From Nitrospirales bacterium (GTDB lineage Bacteria > Nitrospirota > Nitrospiria > Nitrospirales > UBA8639): a DNA stretch of 64,000 bases. The notes under the pieces were generated by a model. The model ran no database searches, was not told where the DNA came from, and saw nothing but the letters and a program-made list of their open reading frames with translations. This document shows positions 13,401 through 25,370 of the stretch, one piece after another (the stretch's first letter is position 1; each line of letters begins with the position of its first letter). A program made the position numbers and the translations under genes. Location of the stretch: contig CBDBCZ010000011.1 of assembly GCA_965203295.1 (NCBI GenBank), positions 160,001 through 224,000 on the forward strand, written 5' to 3'.

Positions 13401-16400
13401 AAGCACTAAACAATTTGGAAGTTTCTATCAATACAGTTTGTATGACTGGTCTGGCGTTTACCCCAGCCTTCACATGTTAACTTGACTCACAAAGTTGCAG
13501 GTCTCTCTGGTAACTTTAATGTGGTTGCTAGTCGTTCTTGTAATTTACTTGAAGCAGCTGTTCGATTCCGCATTGTTGTTTCGGTCTTTTCTGAAGTGGC
13601 AACGAAGTATGATACTTCGATTGTATTTAACAGGTTATTTGGTGCCCAGTATTGTAGGGTATGTTCTGAAGAGGACAGAGCATTGTCTGGTCTTATTCGT
13701 GAGATTCGACTACTGAGGAACCTCATTGACAGATTCTCCATGGGGTGGCCATTGTTTATTTTTCTATTGCTTAAAGATACTTTATTCCTACTACCTTCGT
13801 ACTCTGTGCCTATATTTGCCATGTTGCTCATAATAATTACTGTAGTTGAGCTGGTAGGCAAATGTATCAAGTTCCTTTGCTATAACTTTGAGATCCTTAA
13901 ACAAAAATCTTTTGTATCACAGCTGTTATATAATATGTATCTCATGGGGATAAGACATTTAGGCTAGTTTATATGTGTCTACTGAACTACATTAGCATAG
14001 CTCTATGCAGCCCTCATAGAGACTTAGGGTGGTCTTTATCTTGGCCATTGTCATGGCCTATATAGCTATCAGGGCTTGACAAATTTGAAAATAACCCTCC
14101 TATTTTTTTCAGGAGAAAGTTTGTATAAGGTTATTTGTGGTACATTCATTGGTGCGCATGTGCTCTATGACTTTGCAGATCAGCTTTCCAGAGTAGATGT
14201 AGAAACACAGAACCTCAACATCTATATCCAAGCATTCTCTTTGAACGTACTGCATGGTATAGCTCCACCAACCAAGTCTAGTCCAAAGTCAGGGGGTCCA
14301 TTTGTTAAGTCCAGCGTGCATTTGTTAATTAACAGGGATTCGTTTATTAATTATGCAGCACGGGTATGTCTCATCTGGAGACTTCTAGTTCCTGGTAGTA
14401 ATCATATTGTTAAGCCCACGTATGGTATTCAACTAGTGGTATGCCTTCTTTAATGTGGAGTTTGTTGGTTACCCCAACCTCATCCATATTTATTACAAAA
14501 TTTTTAATTAATCATACAACTAGCTTTCACAACAGTCTAAAAATCATGTGATTAATGTTTTCTATAATCATGAGTAAATAAAACTTAATGCTATTCATGA
14601 CCAACTGCATACCCAAGAATGTATTAATCACTGCCAATACCTTCTTAACAAGGATAATTTCTTGCCAACAGAGAAACATTCAGCCCCTCAATACAACAAA
14701 TGAAATTCTACATCCATCCCAGCAAGATGATGCAGCCCAGCATAGCCTCAATGTCCACCCTGGTTTCAAAGGGCCATGTGTTTCTAACCATTCTGAAGCA
14801 CTACAGGGAAGAGTGAGGATTTATTGGACTTTAGAGAGAAGACAAAGAAAACAAGCTGGTGAGATAGCTATATTGTGAATGAGACTTTTTGTAGTGTTTA
14901 CATACATATACAATCATAGCATTTGCGAGTAAGAAATCAATTTTTTAACACCAATAATCTGCTGCACAAATATATAAACTACCAGAAGTGGGCAAGATCG
15001 TTGATTGATCCTTCACACAGCTGATGTTTGTGGAAGTAATTGGGGCGGAGCCCCCCCCTTAGTGACTCTGGTTGCAATTCTGTCTGTACGGGTGCATGGT
15101 CTTATATACCGCAAATGCGTTGCCAGCCCTATTTCAACGTCGTCCATGTCCTACAGTCATGTGGCGACTGCTCCGCCTCCACAATGCACTGCATTTTATA
15201 TTATATAGCCTGTAAATTCAGACCAAGGTACATGTAGCTACATGTATGCTTGGAAAATAGTATGTGATGTTGGAGAGCAACCAGCTTTTTTTCATGGCTG
15301 GATTGTAAAACTCTCACTAACACTGCCATGAGGTGCTTTATTCCTAAACAACTAATAACAGCTGGATCAGGTACCGAATGTGGCAGAAAGGGTTTTGTAG
15401 CACCTTTGCATTACAATGTCAGCATACAGGGACACACATAGGGCCATTTTAGAACAATCCAAGCCAGTAAATGAGGAAAAGGAATTTGAAACTTAAACTC
15501 TGGATCTGCCTTGGCATGTGATCTGTCATTAGCCAGTAAGATTGCTTGCACACTAGCAATAGGGCATCCTGCCCAGTTGAGATAATTTATACATTCGTTG
15601 TTACAGTGCTAATTATGATTGCTGGTCTCTTTCATATGCAGTCAATTGCAGTGATTTCCAAAGTGATTTCAAGGACGATGTCTTATCTACCTGTGAGGTG
15701 TGTATTGATACAACATAACAAGTGTGTATTAAGCTATGTACTTGGTGTATGTATATTCCCCCTTCTAGGCTACAGCATTACGGCTAACGGCATTCAATAC
15801 GGTGTATCCTGGCCTATTGGCTGTATTCTCAGCACACCTATTCCACAAATGGGAGCAAGCTGACAAAAACAGAATATCTATTTCCCTTTTTGGTCACTTG
15901 GCATCTGGGAAAAGCATGCTGATGAATGCCATACTAACAGACAGGTGAGAATGTAACAACATGGTAGGAATATTGTGCGGGAATTTAGATTCAAGTCATA
16001 AGGAAACTTGAGGCTCTTAGTTTTGTCTGTCAGACCAACAAGAAAAATGCTCTGCATACATAAGTAGCTAGGCAATACATTTCAGTAGTCCTTCATTTAG
16101 CAGGCTACAAAATTTTATAATAATCTGGGCTGTTTTTTTTTGTGTGCTCTCCAGTGTGTTACCAATTGGGAAAACTGTCAAGTCTGTGGAGGTCCGAATC
16201 AGGAATAACAGTCAGGTTCACAAAGGTCAATGCCCAGAAAGCTCTGACGGCAAGGTACAGTAGTATTTTCCTCCAATATTTTCAGCAGTAACATTAACTG
16301 TGACTTCTTTTATAGACCTGCCCACAGTGTCCAGTATTACTGAAGTTAACTGGCACAGATGTGGTTGCAGGAGGGAGAGGAGCAAGCAACATAGCAAGGA

Positions 16401-19400
16401 TTCTTCAAGACATTGATGAACCACCGGTTGATATACCCAATGTACATATTTTGTGCATGGCTAAAGAGCATGTAGGATTCTGCATTGCTGCACGACTGAA
16501 TTTTCAACAGCATTCTGTGCCATGTAGTATAGCTGTTTGTAACTTTCTAGGCCATTACTCTTCGTTTGCACACTGTTCTTTTGCCTGGTACATAATGAGG
16601 CTTTGATAGTATTGTACAGTTGTATGCTAATGCTTTTGTTTGATGAAAGGATTAAATACTACTAGTACACTGCTTGCTTTAGTACAACCCAGGTACATCA
16701 CTTTGTTTCTATATTGATGGCACATACACTTTTCTTTTACTTCAGGTAGATGAAGCTAAACCCAGTTTTATCATTGAAGGCTTTGCACCCATACTGGATG
16801 CAGCATGCATCGCTCCATGGAAGGTGCACTTGGTTGAAAATGCAGGATATAAGCAGCTCAGAAACCACAAAGAAACCAAAAGGTTTAAACGTGAGGTGGA
16901 GGCAGCAAATGCATACGTCTTCACAATTCCATACAAAGACAGACGGAACGAAGTTCATTATGAGCTGCTGGGAAAATTAATTGAAGCTGATGAGTGTAAG
17001 TACCTAGTTGCTCATTAAGAGAATGCTTTTAAATAAATGCAGTAGGTGCACATGTGGAGTGAGAAATAGTTAATAGTTTTCAGTGTAATTTGTAAATGCA
17101 GAGATAGAAAGTATTGATGGTAACTTACTATCATGCCTATAGTAGGTTTTGCCCAAGCAGCCTTTCAACACATGCCCCCCCCCCCTCGAAGACTTCAAAA
17201 ACTATTACCAGAAAACAAGAGAATGAAAACACTCACACAAAAAAGTGTCATAATATCAGTTCAAGAAATCATTCGCCTAATCACTTCTTGATAAAAGAAT
17301 GACAAAGTCTATTTGCTGAGGAACTCCCTTACCATTTTAGCCAATTTTCAAAACTTCTGTCTCAGATTGGGCAGTGTGGCTAGCTTTCTATTCTCATCCT
17401 ATGCATGGGCTCTGCAATTACCAGCGTGTAGTTTATGCTATACATCGCGAATATATATTACCTGCTACTTTTTGCTTTTGTTCTTTACAGCTGTTTTCAG
17501 GGAGAACCGAATTACCATTGTAATTACCTACTTCGAGGAGTGGTATATTGATGATCAGCGCCCCACTGTCCAGGAAGTCAAAGATGATATTTGTTGCAGT
17601 ATCAAGGATAGAGTGGGTCAATGTCATATACCAGAAGATTGTCTTATTCCAGTGTGTGGAATGTGGGCAAACACTGCCCGGAGGCTCCAAAGTACACCTT
17701 CAGAGCGAACTGAAGCATCACTACAGTTAGAGCGGAAAGCAAGGCTCTACTGGAAGCTTTACAAGAAAGCTACTAGTGGTCGAGATGCAAATGAACGGTT
17801 ACAACCAGTGGAAATTGCAAGTAAACTGCTAGTTGCAAGTGGTATCAAGCATGTGGAGCAAAGGTACAGAACAGACACCCTATATGATATTAACAAACCT
17901 TTATGATATTAAACAAACCTTTATGATACTAACAAAATCAAACCTTTATGAAATGTATTTATGTTTAATTCCAGGGTCATGACTATGGCAGCAACTTGCA
18001 GTGAAGATTCAATTACTGTGCTCTGCAGTAACTTTAACCGGAGACTGAAAGAAGCAGCTGACTACTTGGACGCTTCCTCCACTGTGATTAAAGGATTTGA
18101 TGAAGGTACTATAGACTTCTACACTTACAGATGCAATCTCGCCATGAAGGTTGGAATTGTTCTATGGCTGCTGAAATTGTGGGGAGGCTGGTGTAGTCAT
18201 CAGAAAGTGAAAATAGCGGAATGCATGATTAAATCCATACTTTGATATTGCGTAAGTATTTTGCATATATACTTACTTTCAATTTTTCTACATCTGGCAT
18301 CATAATTGAATCATGTATTAATTGCTTCTCATGCCAGAAAAGAGAAGTGAATGCGCAGAGTTTGATACCTGCTATGCAACAATCACCACACATCGAGAGC
18401 AGCTCAGAGCCAAAGGAAATCCCGAGCATGTTTCGAAGAATATGCAGTGCCTCAAAAGTATTGAGGTAAAACAGTTCAATTGATATTAATTTAGTACATG
18501 TAGTGTCTATGAAACGTATAAACTCATCAACCAGCTGTGTTATAGGTTCTTCTATTTTTCTAAGTGTTAATATTCTTATCTTTGTACAATGAGTTTATTA
18601 ATTATATGGTCCCCATGCAGGAAATGGGAATGAGAAAATGCCAGGAAGTTTTGGCTCAAGTATCTGAAAGAGGTACGTACTCTACTTTGATCATGATACA
18701 TTGTGTTATCTGCTTATAATTGACTCAGAAGCTACTACAACTAATGTGTTAGAAAGAGTATTATTTTACATGCAGTACGGTTATTTTTCTATTGTGTATT
18801 TCCATGTGCAGATTTGCCCCGTTTACAGATAGTTTTAAACGAGAAACTGAATGATACAAGTGTGTTTCAGAGTGCCTGGGATATATGCTGTTCCCACTCA
18901 ACTGATGTTACCAAGATTCTGGAATCAATGCGAGAAACTGCCGCTCGTGTGGTCCAACCCAGATCTAGAGCTCGAACAATAGCCCTGCAAGCGACAGAAG
19001 CTGGGCAGGTGCCTGAGAATGACACTACTCCAACAGTACTCAATGCTAAAGGTTGGCAGTTTATTTGTTTTTGTTTTTTTTATTGACACAAGCTAATTAT
19101 TTATCTTTACCCTTAGAGTTTGTGGAAAGAATTCTAAGGAGTACTGGCTCTTTCAAAATTACTGAGAATATGAGAAGCACTCAGTAAGTGACATTCATAA
19201 TGTGTTGATCCCTCACACTGAAACTTATATATTGCATGCATCCTAGTCCAGCTAGTGGTAGTTTGTTGTTGTTGTTTTTTTAAGGGGGGAGGGCATTGAA
19301 AACTATTTGAATACACTAGTTGCAGAAAGTCAAAATGTCCGAGGTTAGATATGTTTTGCTTTATACAGAGGTGACCAGTTCAAAGAAAGAATTCTTGAGA

Positions 19401-19853
19401 ACTTCAGAGGCCACATACAAATTGTGGCACAATATACTCTTCAGGTATATAGTTTTTTTCTGTATAATATTTATAATACAGCTCCAGTCACTATTCTTTT
19501 CAATGATACTGTAGCACATGAAAAAATACTGCCTCACTGTGGTGGAAAATGCCATACACGGTTTTGAGATTGAGTTTGAAGAGAGTTTAAATCAGAGAAA
19601 TGAAGAAACAGAAATGGTTAGTTTTGCTTTATTGCCGAATGTATGATGTGATGTATTTCAAGCTGACGTATACATATGCATGTCTGTACTGTAGTTGAAG
19701 TCTGAGACCCAAAAGTGGTCTAGTGAAGCACAAAAAATTGAAGAATACCGAGACCATCTGTGCAGGCTGAGAAAACACCTTGAAGGGAAAGCCAAAGAAT
19801 GCAGATTGCAATGGGAAGCAAAGAGAAGAAATAACCCTAAGCTTCGTGTATGA
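784..19853 (+). CDS. Tandem double dynamin-like (mitofusin/bacterial DLP-type) GTPase protein, multi-exon, 5'-partial
   Basis: Phase-consistent exon chain: 784-886, 962-1102, 3182-3416, 4107-4494, 5233-5363, 7178-7320, 7650-7749, 7824-7973, 8055-8181, 8356-8421, 8869-8934, 9108-9158, 11250-11342, 11609-11705, 11905-12009, 12378-12581, 12645-12746, 12915-12969, 14113-14363, 14672-14858, 15642-15697, 15769-15944, 16155-16254, 16316-16426, 16746-16995, 17491-17863, 17975-18105, 18338-18465, 18621-18672, 18812-19051, 19117-19183, 19369-19444, 19515-19616, 19695-19853 (TGA). Module 1 motifs: CLPISEESET, LVDNPGF (G3), VIAVTHLD (G4), VVPVFGTWAL, SGIRRLEE. Module 2 motifs: GHLASGKS (G1), VLPIG, LVENAGY, IVITYFE, LIPVCGMWA, SGIKHVEQ. 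A few small exons and weak donors are uncertain. Confidence 0.75.
1289..1884 (+). mobile_element. Tc1/mariner-pogo type MITE with transposase N-terminal HTH remnant
   Basis: TIRs CCGTATAGCCGGAAAATTTGG / CCAAATTTTCCGGCTATACAG with TA on both sides. Internal ORF GKYNTY..ERAQIGKYAADNGTTKAATHFSKLL. Confidence 0.85.
3487..3990. mobile_element. Tc1/mariner-type MITE
   Basis: TIR CTGTAGAGTACGTATCAAG / CTTGATACGTACTCTACCG, TA flanks, internal repeated AAGCGCCCACCCCCCTCTTC. Confidence 0.75.
9259..9795 (+). mobile_element. Helentron/DINE-1-like non-autonomous element, family A
   Basis: 5' TTGCCGAGCGCCTTAGCGCGAGGCAA hairpin, (GTAT)n microsatellite, 3' GCGCGAGGC plus stem-loop plus CTAGT. The same ends occur at 20320-23614. 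Confidence 0.65.
10047..10852. mobile_element. Degenerate pogo-type MITE (same TIR family as 1289-1884) containing a nested insertion
   Basis: TIR CTGTATAGCAGGAGAATTTGG / CCACATTTTCCTGCTGTACAG with TA flanks. Confidence 0.7.
10253..10618 (+). mobile_element. TAGCCTCG...CGAGGCTA element with 9-bp TSD (Mutator-like)
   Basis: Terminal inverted repeats; flanks CAATAGTTA / CAGTAGTTA. Further copies at 1-224 and about 48559-48855. Confidence 0.75.
13080..13735 (+). mobile_element. Decayed LINE (non-LTR) ORF2 3' fragment
   Basis: Frameshifted pieces HLGNLL..RLDD, YCSAFYGAATWSL...LEVSIN and WRLP..LTHKVAGL, typical of the post-RT region of LINE ORF2. Confidence 0.6.
15769..17863 (+). CDS. GTPase-like domain of module 2 (P-loop present, G3/G4 degenerate)
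   Basis: Exon 15769-15944 reads ...ISPFGHLASGKSMLMNAILTD (P-loop 15892-15915). Exon 16746-16995 reads PWKVHLVENAGY. Exon 17491-17863 reads RITIVITYFE...IPVCGMWA...SGIKHVEQ. These align motif by motif with module 1. Confidence 0.85.
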
Positions 19854-20403
19854 GAATTCTAGATAGTGTTAACCTGTGATTTGAAGTTAAATCACTGTAT
19901 GTGCAGTTGATTATGTAAGTAGTTAAGCGATTCTTCTAAAACTCTATGTATAATGGAGCCTTGTTTTAGATTTTGTACCATACCTGTATACAGCTGCTGC
20001 CATAGTTTTTTGGTAGCATTTCATTTGTGTGAAACTGAACTAGCCAGCTACATTGTATGTATATATAGTGTAGCCCCTTGGGCATGTAGTTACAAAAGAG
20101 CTTGTATATTATGTATTATGCTGCTATGATACATACATTAATGTACATTACCATGGCAACCACTTTTCCCACGTTTATAGCACTCAAAGGAGGCCACATA
20201 CAGGGATCATTGCTATACCAATGTACTTTAAATCAGTTAAAGGTCAGTTTGGGTGAGGGGTTAAACTCCTTGCCTTCGCCTCGGACTTTAAATTCCCCTT
20301 ACCCAAACTGATCTTTAATTATTGCCGAGCGCCTTAGCGCGAGGCAACTAATCGTGCAGCGCGTCAGCTTCCGTTTGTATATATATATATATATATATGT
20401 ATA

Positions 20404-20892
20404 ATTAATAGCATGGCTTCGAGTGCAATTAGGGATTAATAGCACGAGTGAGTGGCATTAACTAGGTTTTAAATTGCACGAGGCGAAGCCGAGTGCTATT
20501 TGCCTAGTTGATGCCACTCACAAGTGCTATTAATCCCTATTTGCACGAGAAACCATGCTATTATTTGTTAATCACGTAATTCGTCATCGAAAGGTAGGCG
20601 GGGCTTTTACAAGCTCGTCATCACCGACCCATACCTGCGAGAGAGACGAATCTCTATGCCGTTGCTCTACTAACGTTTCTATGCCCATAGGCCCGGGTTG
20701 CATAAATTTCTGGCCAATCAAATTGCTATTACAAATTTTGCACACTTATTGCCCAATAGTATCGCTATTTCAGTTTTGCACACTTTTGCGTACAAGAAAA
20801 CATGATTTGAATACAAGAAAACACAAATACAAGATATATTGCACACTTGTCTATGTAGTTTTAGTACAGTACAATAACAAGTACATGATTAA
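20404..20892. mobile_element. Long-hairpin non-autonomous element in a (TA)n tract (Crypton-like)
   Basis: Imperfect palindrome of about 155 bp at 20407-20562 centred on GCACGAGGCGAAGCCGAGTGC, with TA repeats on both sides. The Crypton assignment is by recollection of similar elements only. Confidence 0.5.
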
Positions 20893-20902
20893 TATATATA
20901 TC

Positions 20903-23059
20903 TAGGGTTGCCAACGTAAAAATCGAACTTCTCAATATTCAAGTTTCAAATAGCTCACCATCACAACGGTCCAATGCACACTTCAGATCAACCGCCGCTG
21001 ATCGAAAGCGTCCCGTTTTTGGTTTCGAAATTCGCGATTACGTAATGCGACGCTACCGCATGATTTCGGAAAAATTACGCTAAAAATGGTAATCGATAGG
21101 GGGGCCTACTTACGATTATTTTGGCGGGAAATTTGAAGTTGAAAACTGGTGTGTACCTTCACGACAACGCTTGCAAGTGTTCTTTTCAGGTAAGAATGGC
21201 TGGGTGTGGGCAATAGAGGTCAGTTAACAATGCCATGACTTGTCTTGCAGGCCAGCCCACTTCCGCTTAGAGGGTGCAGAAGTGGGCTGGCCCATGAGAC
21301 TATGCCACGATATGGTTATAAACTTGCTGGCCCTTGTGCATGCGCAGCTAGCCTCTAAGACTGCTATATAATCGGTACAAAATTAAAACGGAAAGGCAGG
21401 ATCAGCCAGTAAGAACAGTTCTCTTGGCAACAAGTAGTCTTGTATAGCTGGTCTTGTTTAGACATTGACTGTTCTTTTAAGAATGGCTTCCGACATACGT
21501 TCATGGAATTACAATTCTGCTGCTGGAATCGTTGAGAAATTGCTGCTAAACATCACAGAAATAGAGTCAATTGTACCACCAAATCTTCCAGACTTTCCTA
21601 GTTTTGCCTTTCTGTAGAGATGATGGAACTTTGCTATCACAGTCAGTTTATCTGGCAGTGCCCATTTTCAACAACACAACTCCTGACTGTATAGCACACT
21701 CTCTTTCCGAAGTCACGGTTCAGAATCTCGGCCCTGGAGACTGGAGAGAGGTGTACAAATTACATTAGCTTAGTAATAAGCAGTTAACCTTCATGCACTG
21801 AAATGCCCATTCTAAATGTAATACAGTAATAATTGTGTACATCACGAGTGCATCAGCTGCCATTAGAGTGTGAAGTGTACATGTTATATATCAGCTAGCG
21901 CTGTTGATTTTTATGTTACGTAGAAAAATATAAGTGGCAATAAGTACGTACATACATAAGCGTGAAGAACAGTAGTCTAGTTTTGTGACAGTGAAATGCA
22001 GGCATATATAGAGCGAGTGCAAAATACTTGCTTCATTGGTTTAGCAGCTAGCTCATGCGCTCCTCCTCAGAAAGCACTCTCATTTCCATGTTTGACGTAT
22101 GCTGAGAAATCACCAGATGCGAAGTTTATGCTTCAAAATTTCCATTTTTTATCCCCAGGCACCCCTAAAATGCTGGCTGTGATCTCTCATAGATATGATA
22201 GCTTGATGCCCCCACCCCCAACTCTTAGATCCATGTTAATCATGCGATGAAACACCATATATAGAGGAGAGACTTTACAGCTAGAAAGGACACCCACTTC
22301 TACCAGCTATGCTCACAACCAGTAATTTAAAAAACATTCTCTGTCAACATGTTGTATGTATCATATTGGATAAGCATATACCAGTGTTGATACTTTGACT
22401 CACCTGTAAAAAAGTGGATGTTTCAAGTGGCGTATAGAGAGATATGCATCTCATTCTTGTGCCACTGGATAGGGCAGTTCCCCCACGTGTTCTGCAGGAT
22501 AGGAGCACCGAGGGCTGTCCCTTTCAATTAGCAGTATAATCGCAAACACTTTCGCCGCTACCTTTCCCTGTACATTCTCTATGGGGGAACTTCGGTGGTA
22601 CAGATCAAGTGGCGTATAATAACTTATACGGCAACCATGCGTCTCGTTCAAAGCGGCACCCAAGGTGTATCCAAACGCACCTGGGAGCAAATCGATTCGC
22701 TCTCCTTCCTGCGTTGTATGCACGCCGACGCTCTTCAGCAGCCCCACCCACTACCGTTGCAACGTTATTGGTCTTTCGATAAACCATCCAAACTGCTAGT
22801 TTCCGCAACTTTGCAACTCTAGTCAAGTCTACCTGCACATATCTACTTCGATTTTTTATCATCCGAATGGTTTTGCCAATTCGAATTTGCAATTACCATT
22901 TTTTTCATAATTACGTCATAAAGTTTCACGCTCGTTCTCTGTAATTAGGGAGTCTAGCGATCTCTTTCTTACGGATTAGCGGGTTAGGGCGGTAGGTCAT
23001 TCGAATGCGCTGGGTAGATTTAAAAAGTTTATCACTTCGATTTTTCGTTGGCAACCCTA
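20903..23059. mobile_element. hAT/P-like TIR element (2.16 kb) with non-transposase cargo
   Basis: TIRs TAGGGTTGCCAACGTAAAAATCGAA / TTCGATTTTTCGTTGGCAACCCTA. ATATATC is duplicated on both sides. Confidence 0.75.
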
Positions 23060-24037
23060 ATATATCCGTCACACTTTGGGTCCCGGGGGGCATTATGCGT
23101 ATGCGTCACGCTGCGGGTCCCGAGGCTCGGAACCAAACCTGGGGACGTGCACGAGCTAGCCACGCGGTCCGGCGCGTAGTGACGACCGTGCCAGTGCCAA
23201 TGGAGGAGCAGTGCAGGCGTGCTTCTGCCAGAGCACGAAAGCGCAAACAAAGCGACGCTGCCTCGGAGGAGACAAAGGAAAAGGAGACAGAGAGTGACAG
23301 ATTGAGGACAAAACCGAAGCTAAAAGACCAAAGAGTGCGGAACCACTAGCCCAGAGGTGCGTACACTTATTAGCTAACAACTCAGTGTTGCTCTTTTTTT
23401 GCTGGAGAAACAGAAGTCACCACTGCGTGAATTTTCGCCTTTGGAGAAGGATGGGCCACCTTTCTTAGATCGTCGAACTCATCGCATTCTCATGCACGCT
23501 TAGCTATTTCTCCTTTCTTTCTGTCAAATTTTCACAGCATTAAACACGTGCTACCAAACCACACCTACTGAATGCTCGCGCGCGAGGCTTACACTGCGTA
23601 TGCGTATCTCTAGTTACGTACAATATTATGTTCATAGTATGGGTAATCTATATCTGCCTCGTTTATAAGGCCATATCATTGTGCCAGTATCCCTCCAGTA
23701 GTATCAGATTTAAGAGACTTGGTCCCTTATCAAACTTTCAAAATATACCTGGACATTGGTGTGGACTTTGCTTGCTCCTGTCCTTTGGACTCATCCAAAT
23801 ACAGCACCTGCAGACTTTTCCAATAAATATATATATCCACTGATGGTTGATGTCTACTCATCCACATAATTTTAATTTATCGGTAGAAAGGGTGTTTCCA
23901 TCTTGAGAGTAATTCTGCAAGGGCAAGAGGGGATAATCAAGGCCCCTTCGATTCCACCATTAAATTCTCTTCCCTTACCACGTCAAATGTCACAGACATT
24001 TCCCCTAACTTTGCTGTACTATAGTCTTGAACGGAAG

Positions 24038-24444
24038 TAGGGATATCGATGAGGCTATTATGCTAAAAAATCTGCCCATTATGCTATTCCATAATGCTCC
24101 AGAGGATGTCCGATTATGCTCTTGATAATCCCTATTATGCTCACAAAAATGTCATGTAAAAATGTTTATAGAACATAATCCCAGAGGTTCAGTGCTTAAT
24201 GAAATGTAAATATTCGATGTTAGCTACTAGCGGGGCTGTACTACCACTATCTGAGTCTAAGTCTGTCACTGTCAAATGGGTTTTACTGGACTACCAGTGC
24301 CAATACTGCTGCTGACAGTGCTACTCTCTTTTCTCCATGTGTGAAAGGTCAATTATGCTCCCGTTTATGCCCGCATTATGCTCACTCTGTAGGACTACCT
24401 ATTATGCCCGGAACTCAGATGCCAGCATAATAGCCTCATCCCTA
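24038..24444. mobile_element. hAT-type MITE
   Basis: TIR TAGGGAT..GAGGCTATTATGCT / AGCATAATAGCCTCATCCCTA. Perfect 8-bp TSD AACGGAAG at 24030-24037 and 24445-24452. Confidence 0.85.
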
Positions 24445-25186
24445 AACGGAAGTGTGCCAAGTTTCCGCCCCCGGGGGAGGGGAGCCTGGGAACGAGGCAA
24501 AATTTCACCCCTCTCGGGGTCATCCGTTCCGTCGCTTCAGATCAGCTCGACTCAGCTGTCCTTTCTCTCAAACTTGATTTCTGGCTGTTTGACAGTGTGG
24601 ACTGTGAATAAGTCTAAAGATGGCACAAGGTTAGCAAAGTGCCTGCCCGAGTTAAAGTAAGGCTGGGAAAAAAAGGTTGCGCGCCAATGCGACGGGAGTC
24701 TGGCTACGCGAGACTGATTGCATCATAATTATTATAGATCTATGGTTGCATGCAGGCAAGGATTGGCCTGCGGGTCCCTCACACGCACCTGTGTCACTGC
24801 CGGGGTAGGGCCTAAATAAACAGTGGAACAAGAAATCAAGGCCTCTGCGATTACTTGGTTTCCGTGTGGATAAGCGCCTGAGGGGTCATCGACACTGTAG
24901 AGAAGCCATAGTCTCGTTCCCAGAGCGGCAGCTAAAGATCGCTTACAGTACTAGAGGAGCCACGCCCCAAGAGACACAAGTAGTGCAGTAGAGCTGCTGC
25001 AATCTGCTTTATGCTAGCTGCATGTGTGGTGGAGGCATGGGACTACACTGGCTTTTTACAGATCATTGATTGAGCCTTTGCTAATGCACGCGAAAGAGAT
25101 TTTTTGGTCCGATTTGAATACTGATCACAGGGCCGTAGAAAGATTTTTGTCCTTGGTCAGGCAGGTAGCATGGTGTGGTGCCCCAT

Positions 25187-25370
25187 TAGCCTCGTTCCCA
25201 GGCTCCACCCCCCCAGCTTTTTATCGCAAAGTGTATAAGAGCGATAAAAAGCTGGGGGGTGGAGCCTGGGAACAAGGCTAGTGCTCCATAGCCTCGAACG
25301 CAGATTTTTGTGCAGCTGTGGCAGCCACGGCGACGAAAAAATCTGCGTGGAAGGCCTGCGTTTGAGGCTA
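25187..25370. mobile_element. Two adjacent hairpin mini-elements with 9-bp TSDs
   Basis: 25187-25280 is a near-perfect palindrome with flanks GTGCCCCAT/GTGCTCCAT. 25289-25370 has a perfect AGTGCTCCA on both sides. Confidence 0.8.

Larger units (their letters stand above)
20320..23614 (+). mobile_element. Helentron/DINE-like family A copy interrupted by nested insertions
   Basis: 5' end matches 9259. The body resumes at 23060 (TATATCCGTCACACTT) and ends GCGCGAGGC..TGCGTATGCGTA..CTAGTT. Confidence 0.65.

Noticed and set aside
22451..22892. Overlapping ORFs inside the TIR element as a transposase
   Set aside because: No DDE, BED or THAP motif that I can recognise.
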